Shown here: positions 1 to 8,743 of the stretch, piece after piece
How the letters are laid out: every line of letters starts with the position of its first letter
Numbering within the stretch: position 1 is the stretch's first letter
NCBI GenBank assembly: GCA_021852275.1
Contig: JAJZNX010000124.1
Span: 1 to 63,885, forward strand
Origin: Planctomycetota bacterium
GTDB lineage: Bacteria; Planctomycetota; Phycisphaerae; WQYP01
DNA length: 63,885 nt
Reading direction: 5' to 3'
Notes under the pieces: model-generated
The model's input: only the letters and a program-made list of their open reading frames with translations
Told to the model about the DNA's origin: nothing
Database searches by the model: none
Made by a program: the position numbers and the translations under genes

Positions 1-1174
1 CCCAGCCATTGCTGCCGTACGCTCCAGACAAGCCACTGATGACAATTTGCGTGTTGGTCCAGGATGTTACATTGGCCACCACCGCATCGCCGGTATTAGC
101 AGCGGCCACTACGCCCGGATCCACTATCGATAGATACGGGCTGTCGCCATAATATGGACTTTGGCTGCCAAAATTATTGCCACTGATAAACATCTGCCAA
201 TTGTTGGTCCCGGATATGGGCTGCATCGACACGCCGGTGATGGTGGGGGCAGTGCCAGTAGTGCCTGATCCGGAAACTGCTATGCTTTCAGGGCCATTCA
301 GCCGCGTGACTAAAGAGGCGTTTACCGTCGCGCCCGAGGTAGTGTACTCGCCAACCGAGTCTGTGCCGAAGTTTACAACAAAAATATCCGAGCCGGAAAT
401 GGCGATACCATCTGGTTCATTAAGCCCTGTGACCAGCGCAGCGTTTACCGTCGCGCCCGAAGTGGTGTACTCACTGATGCTTCCGGTGTAAGCACTGCCT
501 GTATCGAGCTGAGCGACAAAAATATCTGAGCCGGAGACTGCGATGCCGTAAGGGGCATCCAGCCCTGTGACCAATGACGCGTTTACCGTTGCGCCGGAGG
601 TGGTGTATTCACCAATGGTGCCCGCAGAGTTATCTGTAACAAAAATATCCGAGCCAGAAACCGTCAAGCCTGCGGGAGCTTCCAGTCCTGTGACCAGCGC
701 GGTGTTGACGGTGGCACCCGATGTGGTGTACTCGGCGATGTTGTATGTGGCAGTGGCCTCAAAGTTTGTGACAAAAATATCCGAGCCGGAAATGGCGATA
801 CTATCCGGGGCATCCAGCCCTGTGATCAGCGTCGCGTTTACCGTCGCGCCCGAGGAAGTGTACTCGCCGATACTGTAGGTGTTATTGGATGGGTTGTAGT
901 TTGGAGCAAAAACATCTGCACCAGAGACTGCGACACCCCCAAAACTATCCAGCCCTGGGACCAGCGAGGCGCTGACCGTGGCGCCCGACGCGGTGAACTC
1001 GCTAATTCCTGCTACTTGGCTGCCCACAAACAGATTTCCACTCAAGAGCAGCCGCGGCTCGAGCACCTCAAACAACATCCGACGACCATGCCGGTACCTT
1101 CTGCTGGCCCGGCGGCACTTTTGCTCAGCCAATGCTGTTTTGAATAATGTGGATGCCAATTGAAAAAGTCCCAC
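1..1174 (-). CDS. LEPR-XLL leader secreted protein (paralogue 1): six ~42-aa beta-propeller repeats followed by an IPT/TIG-like module; 3' end runs off the window
   Basis: Hand translation of the minus strand. GTG at 1174 follows AAGGAG and gives MGLFQLASTLFKTALAEQKCRRASRRYRHGRRMLFEVLEPRLLLSGNLFV..., then six repeats of the type IGEYTTSGATVNASLVTGLDAPYGIAVSGSDIFV, then PTITGVSMQPISGTNNWQMFISGNNFG... The frame is open to base 1. It is missing from the ORF track because no stop lies in the window. Confidence 0.9.
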   Translation of the reverse strand, partial: MGLFQLASTLFKTALAEQKCRRASRRYRHGRRMLFEVLEPRLLLSGNLFVGSQVAGISEFTASGATVSASLVPGLDSFGGVAVSGADVFAPNYNPSNNTYSIGEYTSSGATVNATLITGLDAPDSIAISGSDIFVTNFEATATYNIAEYTTSGATVNTALVTGLEAPAGLTVSGSDIFVTDNSAGTIGEYTTSGATVNASLVTGLDAPYGIAVSGSDIFVAQLDTGSAYTGSISEYTTSGATVNAALVTGLNEPDGIAISGSDIFVVNFGTDSVGEYTTSGATVNASLVTRLNGPESIAVSGSGTTGTAPTITGVSMQPISGTNNWQMFISGNNFGSQSPYYGDSPYLSIVDPGVVAAANTGDAVVANVTSWTNTQIVISGLSGAYGSNGW

Positions 1175-1247
1175 GAGAACTCTCCTTGTTGGTAGCCGTT
1201 CACGGAGTTCAACCTGTCAGGCTCACCAACGGACCTGACCACAAAAA

Positions 1248-1276
1248 AATATACCCCGACCGCAGAATTAAAGCAA
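1248..1276 (-). promoter_or_regulatory. sigma70-like promoter for paralogue 1 (TTGCTT-17-TATATT)
   Basis: Minus strand TTGCTT (1276-1271), 17-bp spacer, TATATT (1253-1248), about 70 bp upstream of the GTG. Confidence 0.5.
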
Positions 1277-1711
1277 ATATGTTTATAAGGAGAGATAGCA
1301 ATAAACTTTGACTGTTGTGCACCGTCCGTCCGATAAAACGATCGGATCAAGCAAGTAATAAAAAGAACACAACGTATCTACCAGCGACGCATCACTGATG
1401 CTGACCAGATATTAGCAAAATGGCCCGCAATGATTGTCGATCTTTGTCCGCAGGTGGCCGAACTGTCGTGCGACGAGCTGCCAGATGGATTGCTGTTCGG
1501 ATTGCAACTACCGAGTGCGACGGCCGTTACCTGGCCGCGTCCATTATTTGGCTCCATGATATGCGGGTCTTCAGTGATAGCCTCTTCACGGCACTCAACC
1601 CTGACGTGTGGGTTTGCCCGATTCGGAAAAATGGCAGCCTTCGCTATCGAGCGTGTCTCACGAACAGTTCAATTCGCGCGAAGCAGTACATGTTTTTGCC
1701 ACATCTCCTTT

Positions 1712-4700
1712 TTACGCCGCCACCTCAAACACGCCGGAACTAACGCCGCTTTGCGGATTGGTTATTTCAAAGAGCACATTGTTGCCGGGGGCAATCACCC
1801 AGCCGTTGCTGCCATACGCCCCGGCCAAGCCGCTGATCACAATTTGCGTGTTACTCCACGAAGTAACATTGGCGTACGCAGCATCGCCCGTATGACCCGC
1901 CGCCACCACACCGGGGTCCACAATCACCAGATCCGGGCTGTCTCCCCAGAAGGCCGCCTGTGTGCCAAAGTTATTGCCGCTGATGAATATCTGCCAATTG
2001 TTGGTGCCGGAAATTTGCTGCATGGAAACGCTGGTAATCTGCGGAGTGCCCGATGAAAGTTGTACCATATCCGGTACCAACACGTTGGCCACCGGCGAGC
2101 CTAGACCTGTAACCAAATTATAGCCGGGTCCGGCCGAGTAGCCGCCATTGCTGCCGGTGGTAATGTTGTGAAAAGCGCTGCTGGGCAAGGAGTAAAGGTC
2201 CGGCAGAGTTTGGGTGGCACCATTGAGGGAACCTAAGCCTTGAGATGCACGCCCCTGATCCACCAGCGCAATTACTGCCGCCCACATCGGACATGCCAAA
2301 CTGGTACCGCCGATGACATTCCAAGGCGAACTGGTGCCAAAGTCGTAGGTATCGTATACGGATGCACCAGTCTGGGGATCGGCGTCCATGGCCACATCCG
2401 GAGCAGCCCGCATGGTGGAAGTAAGCCCATTAACTTTACCGGCCTGGTACGGTGGCTGCGGTTCATATTGACTGATGCCGCCTCCGCTGCCGCTCCATCC
2501 GGCCTCACCGCCATAGCTGTAACCACCGCCGCTGTTGGTAACAACAGTAAGCGTGGTTCCACCCACGGCAATCACATTTGGGGAAAGGGCCGGGTATTCG
2601 GCCGGAGATCCGGAATCGCCGGTGCTGGCCAGAAAGGTCACACCGATGTGGCCTGAAGGTGTAACAAATATGCCATCCGTAGAAGTTTCACTGGCGGCCT
2701 CCGCCCCGCCCCAACTCATGGACACCACCACCACGCCCGGCAAATTGGCAGCAGTTTGCACCGCGGTGTACAAATCGCCACTGGCGCTGTTGGCCTCCAC
2801 CAGATCAATATTGGCGTCGGGGGCAATGACATGCGCCCATTGCACATCGAGCGATTCTTCCATGCCCCAAGTACCGTTAGCGGGAAGGTTGGAGGTCTGG
2901 CCCTGTTGATTAAAAATCGTCAAGGTGGGACCGCCGGAAGTATTAAACTGCGGCAAGCCAAACTCGGAACTAAAGGCGTTGGCATCGGACATGATACTCG
3001 GGTCATTGCCGACATCCACAATGGCGATGGTTTCACCCTGTCCATACGCCGGCGTAGTACCAAAATCTATGCCGGCGGCACCGTAAGCCCCCAGCCCATA
3101 AGCCTCCCGCATTTGGGTGGGCGAGAGCCCGGTTGGAGTGTTGGTGCCGGCTGGAGCGGCTGGCAGCACCAAAGAATAGGTATTGGACGTTGCACCGCTG
3201 GCGGAATTGGTCACGATGATTTGCACCGTGTCTCCGGGATGTGCGCCGTAGACATAACCGTAAGACGCACCGGTAAATGAGCCAATGGTAATTTGCGTGT
3301 TGGTCCAATCGGTAACATCCAATGTTACCGAAGATCCTGGAGCACCGGCACTAAAGCCTTGTGTTACGTCGTAAACGCTCAGGTCGGAACTGGCTCCATT
3401 GTACGGACTTTGGAAGCCAAAACCAAGACCATTGATGGTAAAGCCGGCGTTATAAAACACGCCCGTCAGCGGCTCTGGCGTGACCCCGGTAATTTTCGTA
3501 GTTCCAGGAATCGCTTCGGCAAAGGGAGCTGACGCCTGATGGCTTTGTGGATTGATGACGACCACGTCCAACGTGTCGCCCGGGCTCACGACCCAACCAT
3601 TGAGTCCGTAGGCCCCGGTCATACCACTGATCACGATTTGGTTATTCGTCCAGGAAGTTACATTAGTGGTGACGGCATCGCCGACATAGCCGGCCGCAAC
3701 AATTCCCGGATCAAGAAGTTCCAGATTGCTGCTGTCGCCATTGTAGGCTGCTTGCGTACCAAAACCGGTGCCGTTAATCGTAAGGGTCCAATTGTTTTGA
3801 CCGCCGGGGCTGGCCGTTACACTGCTGATATTGGTGCCGGCAGTTTGGCCAAAGGTCACAACAGCATTGCTGTAGCTGTCGCCCATGGCGGTAAGTCCAC
3901 CGGCAAAAATTGCCTGCCCCTTCACCGTGGTAGCGGCCATGCCCATGCCGTCTATAGCCTGTGGCATGGTCGAAACGGACCACGTACCGGTACTGGTGTT
4001 GTAGATTTGTATGGTCCGGCTGGCCACCCAGTTTCCGCTGGAATACGCAGCTCCGCCAACAAAAATCGCCTCATCGCCGACACTGGTGGCCGCCATACCG
4101 GTAAGGCTATCGGGCATGGTACTGGTAGACCAGCTTCCCGTAGTGGCATTATAAATATCCACGGCCCTGCTGGTGTGCCAAGTACTGTTGGAATAATAAG
4201 CCCCGCCCGCAAATATCGCCAGATTCCCCGCAATTGTGGCCCCGCCGATATACCGCGGCTGCGAAAGCTGGGCGGTGGTCCACAGACCGGTGGAGGCGTT
4301 GTAAATGTCCACGACATTGCTGGCGACCCAGCCATTGGAATAATAGCCCCCGCCGGCAAATATCGCCGTGTTTCCAACAGCCAATCCGCTGGTTTCCCGA
4401 GCCTGCGAAAGTGCTGCAGTTGACCACAGACCGGTGGAAGTATTGTAAATTTGCACAGCGCTGCTGTAGCCACCGTCGGAAGCGTAATTGTTATAAAGCC
4501 CGCCAGCAAAAATGGCATCGCTGCCAATGCTGACCGCCGCCATGTTATCCAGTCCCTGCGGCAAAGCAGTTGTGCTCCAGGTACCGGTGGTGGCATCGTA
4601 GATCTGCATTAAGTTGCTTGCAGCTACCTGGCGCTGGACGGTTCCGTTGCCAAACTGCAAAGTCGTGGAGCTGTATGCGGCTCCGCCTGCGAAAATGGCT

Positions 4701-5821
4701 TCCTGCCCCACGCTGGTCGCGGCCATGCCCGCCAACCCTTGCGGCAGTGTACTCGTTGACCATCGGCCTGTGGCAGCGTTGTAAATATCCACCGCGCTGC
4801 TGCCGGAGGCATAGGAGCCGTACGCACCCCCGGCAAAAATTGCCAGGTTTCCAACCGAAGTTGCAGCCGGGCCAAAACGCGCCTGCGATAGTGTAGCGGT
4901 GGACCAACTGCCCATGGGTGCCGCCAATTCAAAATCATTGGACCGCCGGCCGCTCTCCGGGTTGGCCACGGATATGGCGACCGTATCACCGGGATTGATG
5001 ACCCAACCGCTAAGACCGTAGGCCCCGGTCAGGCCACTGATCACGATTTGTGAATCAGTCCATGATGTAACATTAACGGTAACGGCGTCGCCGGTATATC
5101 CGGCGGCCACGACTCCCGCGTCAACAATCTGCAAATTACTGCTGTCGCCGTTGAAAGGGCTTTGTGTACCAAACCCGCTGCCACTTACAAAGATTTGCCA
5201 ATTATTGCTGCCGGCTGCTAGCGGCTGCATAAACACACCGTCGATAACTGGATTGGCAGGTGGTGTGCCTGGCGCGACAGCACCAAAAGTAGCCGACGTC
5301 TGACCATCCTGCGGATTGGCAAGTGAAAAAAGAACCGTATCTCCGGGGCTGATCACCCACCCATTGCTGCCATAGGCTCCGGATAAACCACTAATCACAA
5401 TTTGCGTATTGGTCCAGGAAGTAACATTGGTCACCACCGCGTCGCCAGTATTGCCAGCGGCTACCACACCGGGGTCTACAATGGAAAGGTCCGGGCTATC
5501 CCCATAATAGGGGCTTTGCGTGCCGAAGCCGCTGCCGCTGATGAATATCTGCCAGTTGTTGGTACTGGAAATGGGTTGTATAGAAACGCCTGTGATTACC
5601 GGCACCGTAGAAGCGTTAGCAGCAATCGACGGTACAGATCCAGGTGCGCTGGTAAGCTCCATACCGGCAAACGTGGGAACACTGCTAAGTAAAATTCTCG
5701 GCTCAAGAGCTTCGAAAAGCACGCGACGCGATCTGTGCACACAAGGGTTCCGATTGCCTGCGACAACGGTGGTTTCCATCTTACAACCAACACGGGCTGA
5801 CAGTTTGGCAAACAATCCCAT
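1712..5821 (-). CDS. LEPR-XLL leader secreted protein (paralogue 2): 2 IPT-like, 7 Kelch repeats, 2 IPT-like, S53 sedolisin catalytic domain, C-terminal IPT-like
   Basis: ATG at 5821 after AGGAG (MGLFAKL..., matching the paralogue 1 start) and LFEALEPRILLS. Seven 'W.T..L...R..+AATSVG..AIFAGG...V.IYN' Kelch repeats. S53 motifs MEESLDVQW (Glu/Asp), STGDSG (oxyanion Asp), GGTSLACPMWAA (Ser) and GYNLVTGLGSP. Confidence 0.92.
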   Translation of the reverse strand: MGLFAKLSARVGCKMETTVVAGNRNPCVHRSRRVLFEALEPRILLSSVPTFAGMELTSAPGSVPSIAANASTVPVITGVSIQPISSTNNWQIFISGSGFGTQSPYYGDSPDLSIVDPGVVAAGNTGDAVVTNVTSWTNTQIVISGLSGAYGSNGWVISPGDTVLFSLANPQDGQTSATFGAVAPGTPPANPVIDGVFMQPLAAGSNNWQIFVSGSGFGTQSPFNGDSSNLQIVDAGVVAAGYTGDAVTVNVTSWTDSQIVISGLTGAYGLSGWVINPGDTVAISVANPESGRRSNDFELAAPMGSWSTATLSQARFGPAATSVGNLAIFAGGAYGSYASGSSAVDIYNAATGRWSTSTLPQGLAGMAATSVGQEAIFAGGAAYSSTTLQFGNGTVQRQVAASNLMQIYDATTGTWSTTALPQGLDNMAAVSIGSDAIFAGGLYNNYASDGGYSSAVQIYNTSTGLWSTAALSQARETSGLAVGNTAIFAGGGYYSNGWVASNVVDIYNASTGLWTTAQLSQPRYIGGATIAGNLAIFAGGAYYSNSTWHTSRAVDIYNATTGSWSTSTMPDSLTGMAATSVGDEAIFVGGAAYSSGNWVASRTIQIYNTSTGTWSVSTMPQAIDGMGMAATTVKGQAIFAGGLTAMGDSYSNAVVTFGQTAGTNISSVTASPGGQNNWTLTINGTGFGTQAAYNGDSSNLELLDPGIVAAGYVGDAVTTNVTSWTNNQIVISGMTGAYGLNGWVVSPGDTLDVVVINPQSHQASAPFAEAIPGTTKITGVTPEPLTGVFYNAGFTINGLGFGFQSPYNGASSDLSVYDVTQGFSAGAPGSSVTLDVTDWTNTQITIGSFTGASYGYVYGAHPGDTVQIIVTNSASGATSNTYSLVLPAAPAGTNTPTGLSPTQMREAYGLGAYGAAGIDFGTTPAYGQGETIAIVDVGNDPSIMSDANAFSSEFGLPQFNTSGGPTLTIFNQQGQTSNLPANGTWGMEESLDVQWAHVIAPDANIDLVEANSASGDLYTAVQTAANLPGVVVVSMSWGGAEAASETSTDGIFVTPSGHIGVTFLASTGDSGSPAEYPALSPNVIAVGGTTLTVVTNSGGGYSYGGEAGWSGSGGGISQYEPQPPYQAGKVNGLTSTMRAAPDVAMDADPQTGASVYDTYDFGTSSPWNVIGGTSLACPMWAAVIALVDQGRASQGLGSLNGATQTLPDLYSLPSSAFHNITTGSNGGYSAGPGYNLVTGLGSPVANVLVPDMVQLSSGTPQITSVSMQQISGTNNWQIFISGNNFGTQAAFWGDSPDLVIVDPGVVAAGHTGDAAYANVTSWSNTQIVISGLAGAYGSNGWVIAPGNNVLFEITNPQSGVSSGVFEVAA

Positions 5822-5878
5822 GGAACGCTCCTGCAACGTGCCTACCATCCTGACGGTAAGTACATTCGCACCACAGCT

Positions 5879-5907
5879 ATTATCCTGCCAAACTTCGGTC
5901 AGGTAAA
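5879..5907 (-). promoter_or_regulatory. putative promoter for paralogue 2 (TTTACC-17-GATAAT), overlapping the stop of paralogue 3
   Basis: Correct 17-bp spacing; sequence blocks shared with the promoter upstream of paralogue 3. Confidence 0.4.
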
Positions 5908-8235
5908 GGTCTTGCTGAATACCGCCGAGCTAACACCGTCTTGTGCATTGGCAACTTGGAAGAGCACATTGTTGCCGGGGGCGATCACCCAGCCGTTAGT
6001 ACCATACGCCCCGGCCAAGCCACTGATCACAATTTGCGTGTTGCTCCACGAAGTAACATTGGCATACGCTGCATCACCCGTATGGCCCGCCGCCACCACG
6101 CCCGGGTCCACAATCACCAGATCCGGGCTGTCGCCCCAGAAGGCCGCCTGCGTGCCAAAGTTATTGCCGCTGATGAATATCTGCCAATTGTTGGTGCCCG
6201 ATATCTGCTGGGCGGAAACCGCGGTGATTACCGGCACCACCGGTGCAGTGGTCGAAAAAACCGCTGATTGCCGACCAGTCTGAGGATTCACCACATCCAT
6301 GAGCACACTTTGACCGGAGCTTATCACCCACCCATTGCTCCCATACGCCCCGGATAAACCGCTGATCACAATTTGCGTATTGCTCCAGGAAGTAACATTG
6401 GTGCTGGCACCATCGCCCGTATGCCCTGCCGCCAATACTCCGGGATCCACTATGGAAATATCCGGCGAATCTCCATAAAACGCGCTCTGCGTGCCAAAGT
6501 TATTGCCGCTGATGAAGATCTGCCAGTTATCACTGCCGGGATACGTGGGCTGCATGAATACCCCGCTGATCACCGGGGCCGGCGTGCCGGGAGCGGTAGT
6601 GGAAAATGTGGCCGCCGCCAAACCGCTCTGTGGATTGCTCACTCCAAACAGCACGGTGTTGCCGGGGCTTATCACCCAGCCATTGCTGCCGTACGCTCCA
6701 GACAAGCCACTGATGACAATTTGCGTGTTGGTCCAGGATGTTACATTGGCCACCACCGCATCGCCGGTATTAGCAGCGGCCACTACGCCCGGATCCACTA
6801 TGGATAGATACGGGCTGTCGCCATAATATGGACTTTGGCTGCCAAAATTATTGCCACTGATAAACATCTGCCAATTGTTGGTCCCGGATATGGGCTGCAT
6901 CGACACGCCGGTGATGGTGGGACGCACCGCCGCAGGCGGTACAAGCTCAAAAATGCCACCAGATACATTCGTGCCGCCTCCACTGGCGTCCGCGTAAATG
7001 TTGCCGTTGCTGCTGATATAAGGCGTACCAAGGGGATTAAACACGGCAGAAAATTGTGAGAAGTTATAAAGGACGCTAAAGGTCCCCCCGGAACTTATTT
7101 CGTAGACGGTTCCGTCACCGTAGGCACCGCCGCTCGATGTCACCCCGTAAAGATTGCCGGCGCTATCCATCGCCAACCCAGCCTGCGGGTTGGTACCGTT
7201 GGTGCCGTTAAAGTTAACCAATGTCGTCAGCGTGCCATTGGACGAAAGCTTAAAGACGGTACCATACCCGCTGCTACCGCCATATTCGGTAACACCGTAA
7301 AGATTGCCGGAGCTATCACGCAACAAGCTGCCCATCGGGTTAGAACCGTCGGTGCCGTTAAAGGTGAACAACGTCGAGATCGCTCCATTGGATGCGACCT
7401 TGTAGACGCCGCCGTTTTGCACCACCACCCCACCCGCCTCCGAAGAGCCGGTGACTCCGTAAAGGTTGCCCGATCCATCTATGATGAGGCCGCCGTCAGG
7501 TAGTCCGGGGATCGTGCTGAAATCACTGGTTAACGTGCCATTAGATGCGTACTTAAAAATGCCCGGTTGATTGGCGTAGCCCACATTGTTAACGGCACCA
7601 TAGATGTTGCCGGAACTATCCATAACCACTCCGCCAACCGGTGCGTTGGCTGTGCCTGCAGCGGGGTCAAAATTCTCCAGCGTGGTATACGCACCACTGG
7701 AAGTAATACGAAAAAGCGTGCCAGACCCGTAATTTCCACCATTCGTGGTGGTGCCATAAAAATAGCCATTTCCAGCCAGATATAACGCATTTGGACCGTC
7801 CCCGGTGTCGTCAATGAAAGCCAACGGTGTCTGTTGCCCGCCCGGTGCAAGTGCAAATACCGCACTGGCATTATTGCCCACCAGGGTTCCGTTACTCTCC
7901 ATGGTCAAACTAGTGTCGGCAATCGTTCCATTGACTCCACGAAAATACCCCGCAGATCCTGACACGGAGGCCAACACCGTCAGTTGGTAGCCCGTCTGGG
8001 CATTGGCAGTTGCGGCCGCAGTCGATGTTAAGGCTGCCTGCCTGCTTATGGGTAGCGACGCCATACCCCCCGAGAAGGTGGCAGCGGCGCTGAGCATCAG
8101 TCGCGGTTCCAAGGCTTCAAACAGGCAACGGGCCGCGCGATGGCGGATAACTTTCCGAGATTCGCCGGCAACGGAGAATGACACGGGCAACTTCTGCGAC
8201 CGACGCAACCGCAATACTTTGGTGAACATATTCAT
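5899..8235 (-). CDS. LEPR-XLL leader secreted protein (paralogue 3): GloVer (Gloeo_Verruco, TIGR03803-type) repeats plus 3 IPT-like modules
   Basis: AGGAG RBS; LFEALEPRLMLS; about 7 repeats of the type NP.AGL..DS.GNLYG.T..GG..G.GTVF.+; three NNWQIFISGNNFG modules. Confidence 0.9.
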   Translation of the reverse strand: MNMFTKVLRLRRSQKLPVSFSVAGESRKVIRHRAARCLFEALEPRLMLSAAATFSGGMASLPISRQAALTSTAAATANAQTGYQLTVLASVSGSAGYFRGVNGTIADTSLTMESNGTLVGNNASAVFALAPGGQQTPLAFIDDTGDGPNALYLAGNGYFYGTTTNGGNYGSGTLFRITSSGAYTTLENFDPAAGTANAPVGGVVMDSSGNIYGAVNNVGYANQPGIFKYASNGTLTSDFSTIPGLPDGGLIIDGSGNLYGVTGSSEAGGVVVQNGGVYKVASNGAISTLFTFNGTDGSNPMGSLLRDSSGNLYGVTEYGGSSGYGTVFKLSSNGTLTTLVNFNGTNGTNPQAGLAMDSAGNLYGVTSSGGAYGDGTVYEISSGGTFSVLYNFSQFSAVFNPLGTPYISSNGNIYADASGGGTNVSGGIFELVPPAAVRPTITGVSMQPISGTNNWQMFISGNNFGSQSPYYGDSPYLSIVDPGVVAAANTGDAVVANVTSWTNTQIVISGLSGAYGSNGWVISPGNTVLFGVSNPQSGLAAATFSTTAPGTPAPVISGVFMQPTYPGSDNWQIFISGNNFGTQSAFYGDSPDISIVDPGVLAAGHTGDGASTNVTSWSNTQIVISGLSGAYGSNGWVISSGQSVLMDVVNPQTGRQSAVFSTTAPVVPVITAVSAQQISGTNNWQIFISGNNFGTQAAFWGDSPDLVIVDPGVVAAGHTGDAAYANVTSWSNTQIVISGLAGAYGTNGWVIAPGNNVLFQVANAQDGVSSAVFSKTFT

Positions 8236-8356
8236 GTTATTGCTCCTGGTACAAAAAACATTGCCTAATAACCCAGCTTGGCGACTATATCGCTTTGTGG
8301 TACTTCAACAATGATGATCCCGGAGATCGACGCACTCAAGACCCATCACAGCAATT

Positions 8357-8385
8357 ATTGTGCCGTTTTACAGGCTTCAGGTCAA
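8357..8385 (-). promoter_or_regulatory. putative sigma70 promoter for paralogue 3 (TTGACC-17-CACAAT)
   Basis: Near-consensus -35 with a 17-bp spacer, about 120 bp upstream of the ATG. Confidence 0.45.
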
Positions 8386-8743
8386 GTAAATTGCGTTAGC
8401 TGACGCTGACAGTCAAGGATCCTATGGGCAGAGCATTTGGCAAGAACCCTACCAACGATTCGCTGGTTCCCAGCGGACTGCTGTATACCAATCATCGACA
8501 GGTTTTTTGGAAAGAGTTTTAATGTATGCAATGAGCCGGATCAGCACGCATAAAGCTTTATCCGTTCTACAGGCAGATTTGACCGATAGCCCCGATCACC
8601 ATGCTACTGCCCCCTGCCGCCACGAGCGTCTGATCGGCAGTCGATTCCACGCTGATGGATCCAGCATTGACGGCTTTATTCTGTAAATAAAGACTTCCGT
8701 TGGGCTAAGCGCCAATCGTTACCGCCGGCCCAATCAGCTTGTG

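Noticed and set aside
1597-1626. GGGCAAACCC...GGGTT on the minus strand resembling a c-di-GMP-I riboswitch
   Set aside because: Lacks the GNRA tetraloop and the following GACGCAAAG/P3 elements
1760-6921. Diversity-generating retroelement (TR/VR pair) explanation for the near-identical cassettes
   Set aside because: Mismatches are mostly synonymous and not adenine-specific, both copies lie in coding frames, and there is no reverse transcriptase in the window
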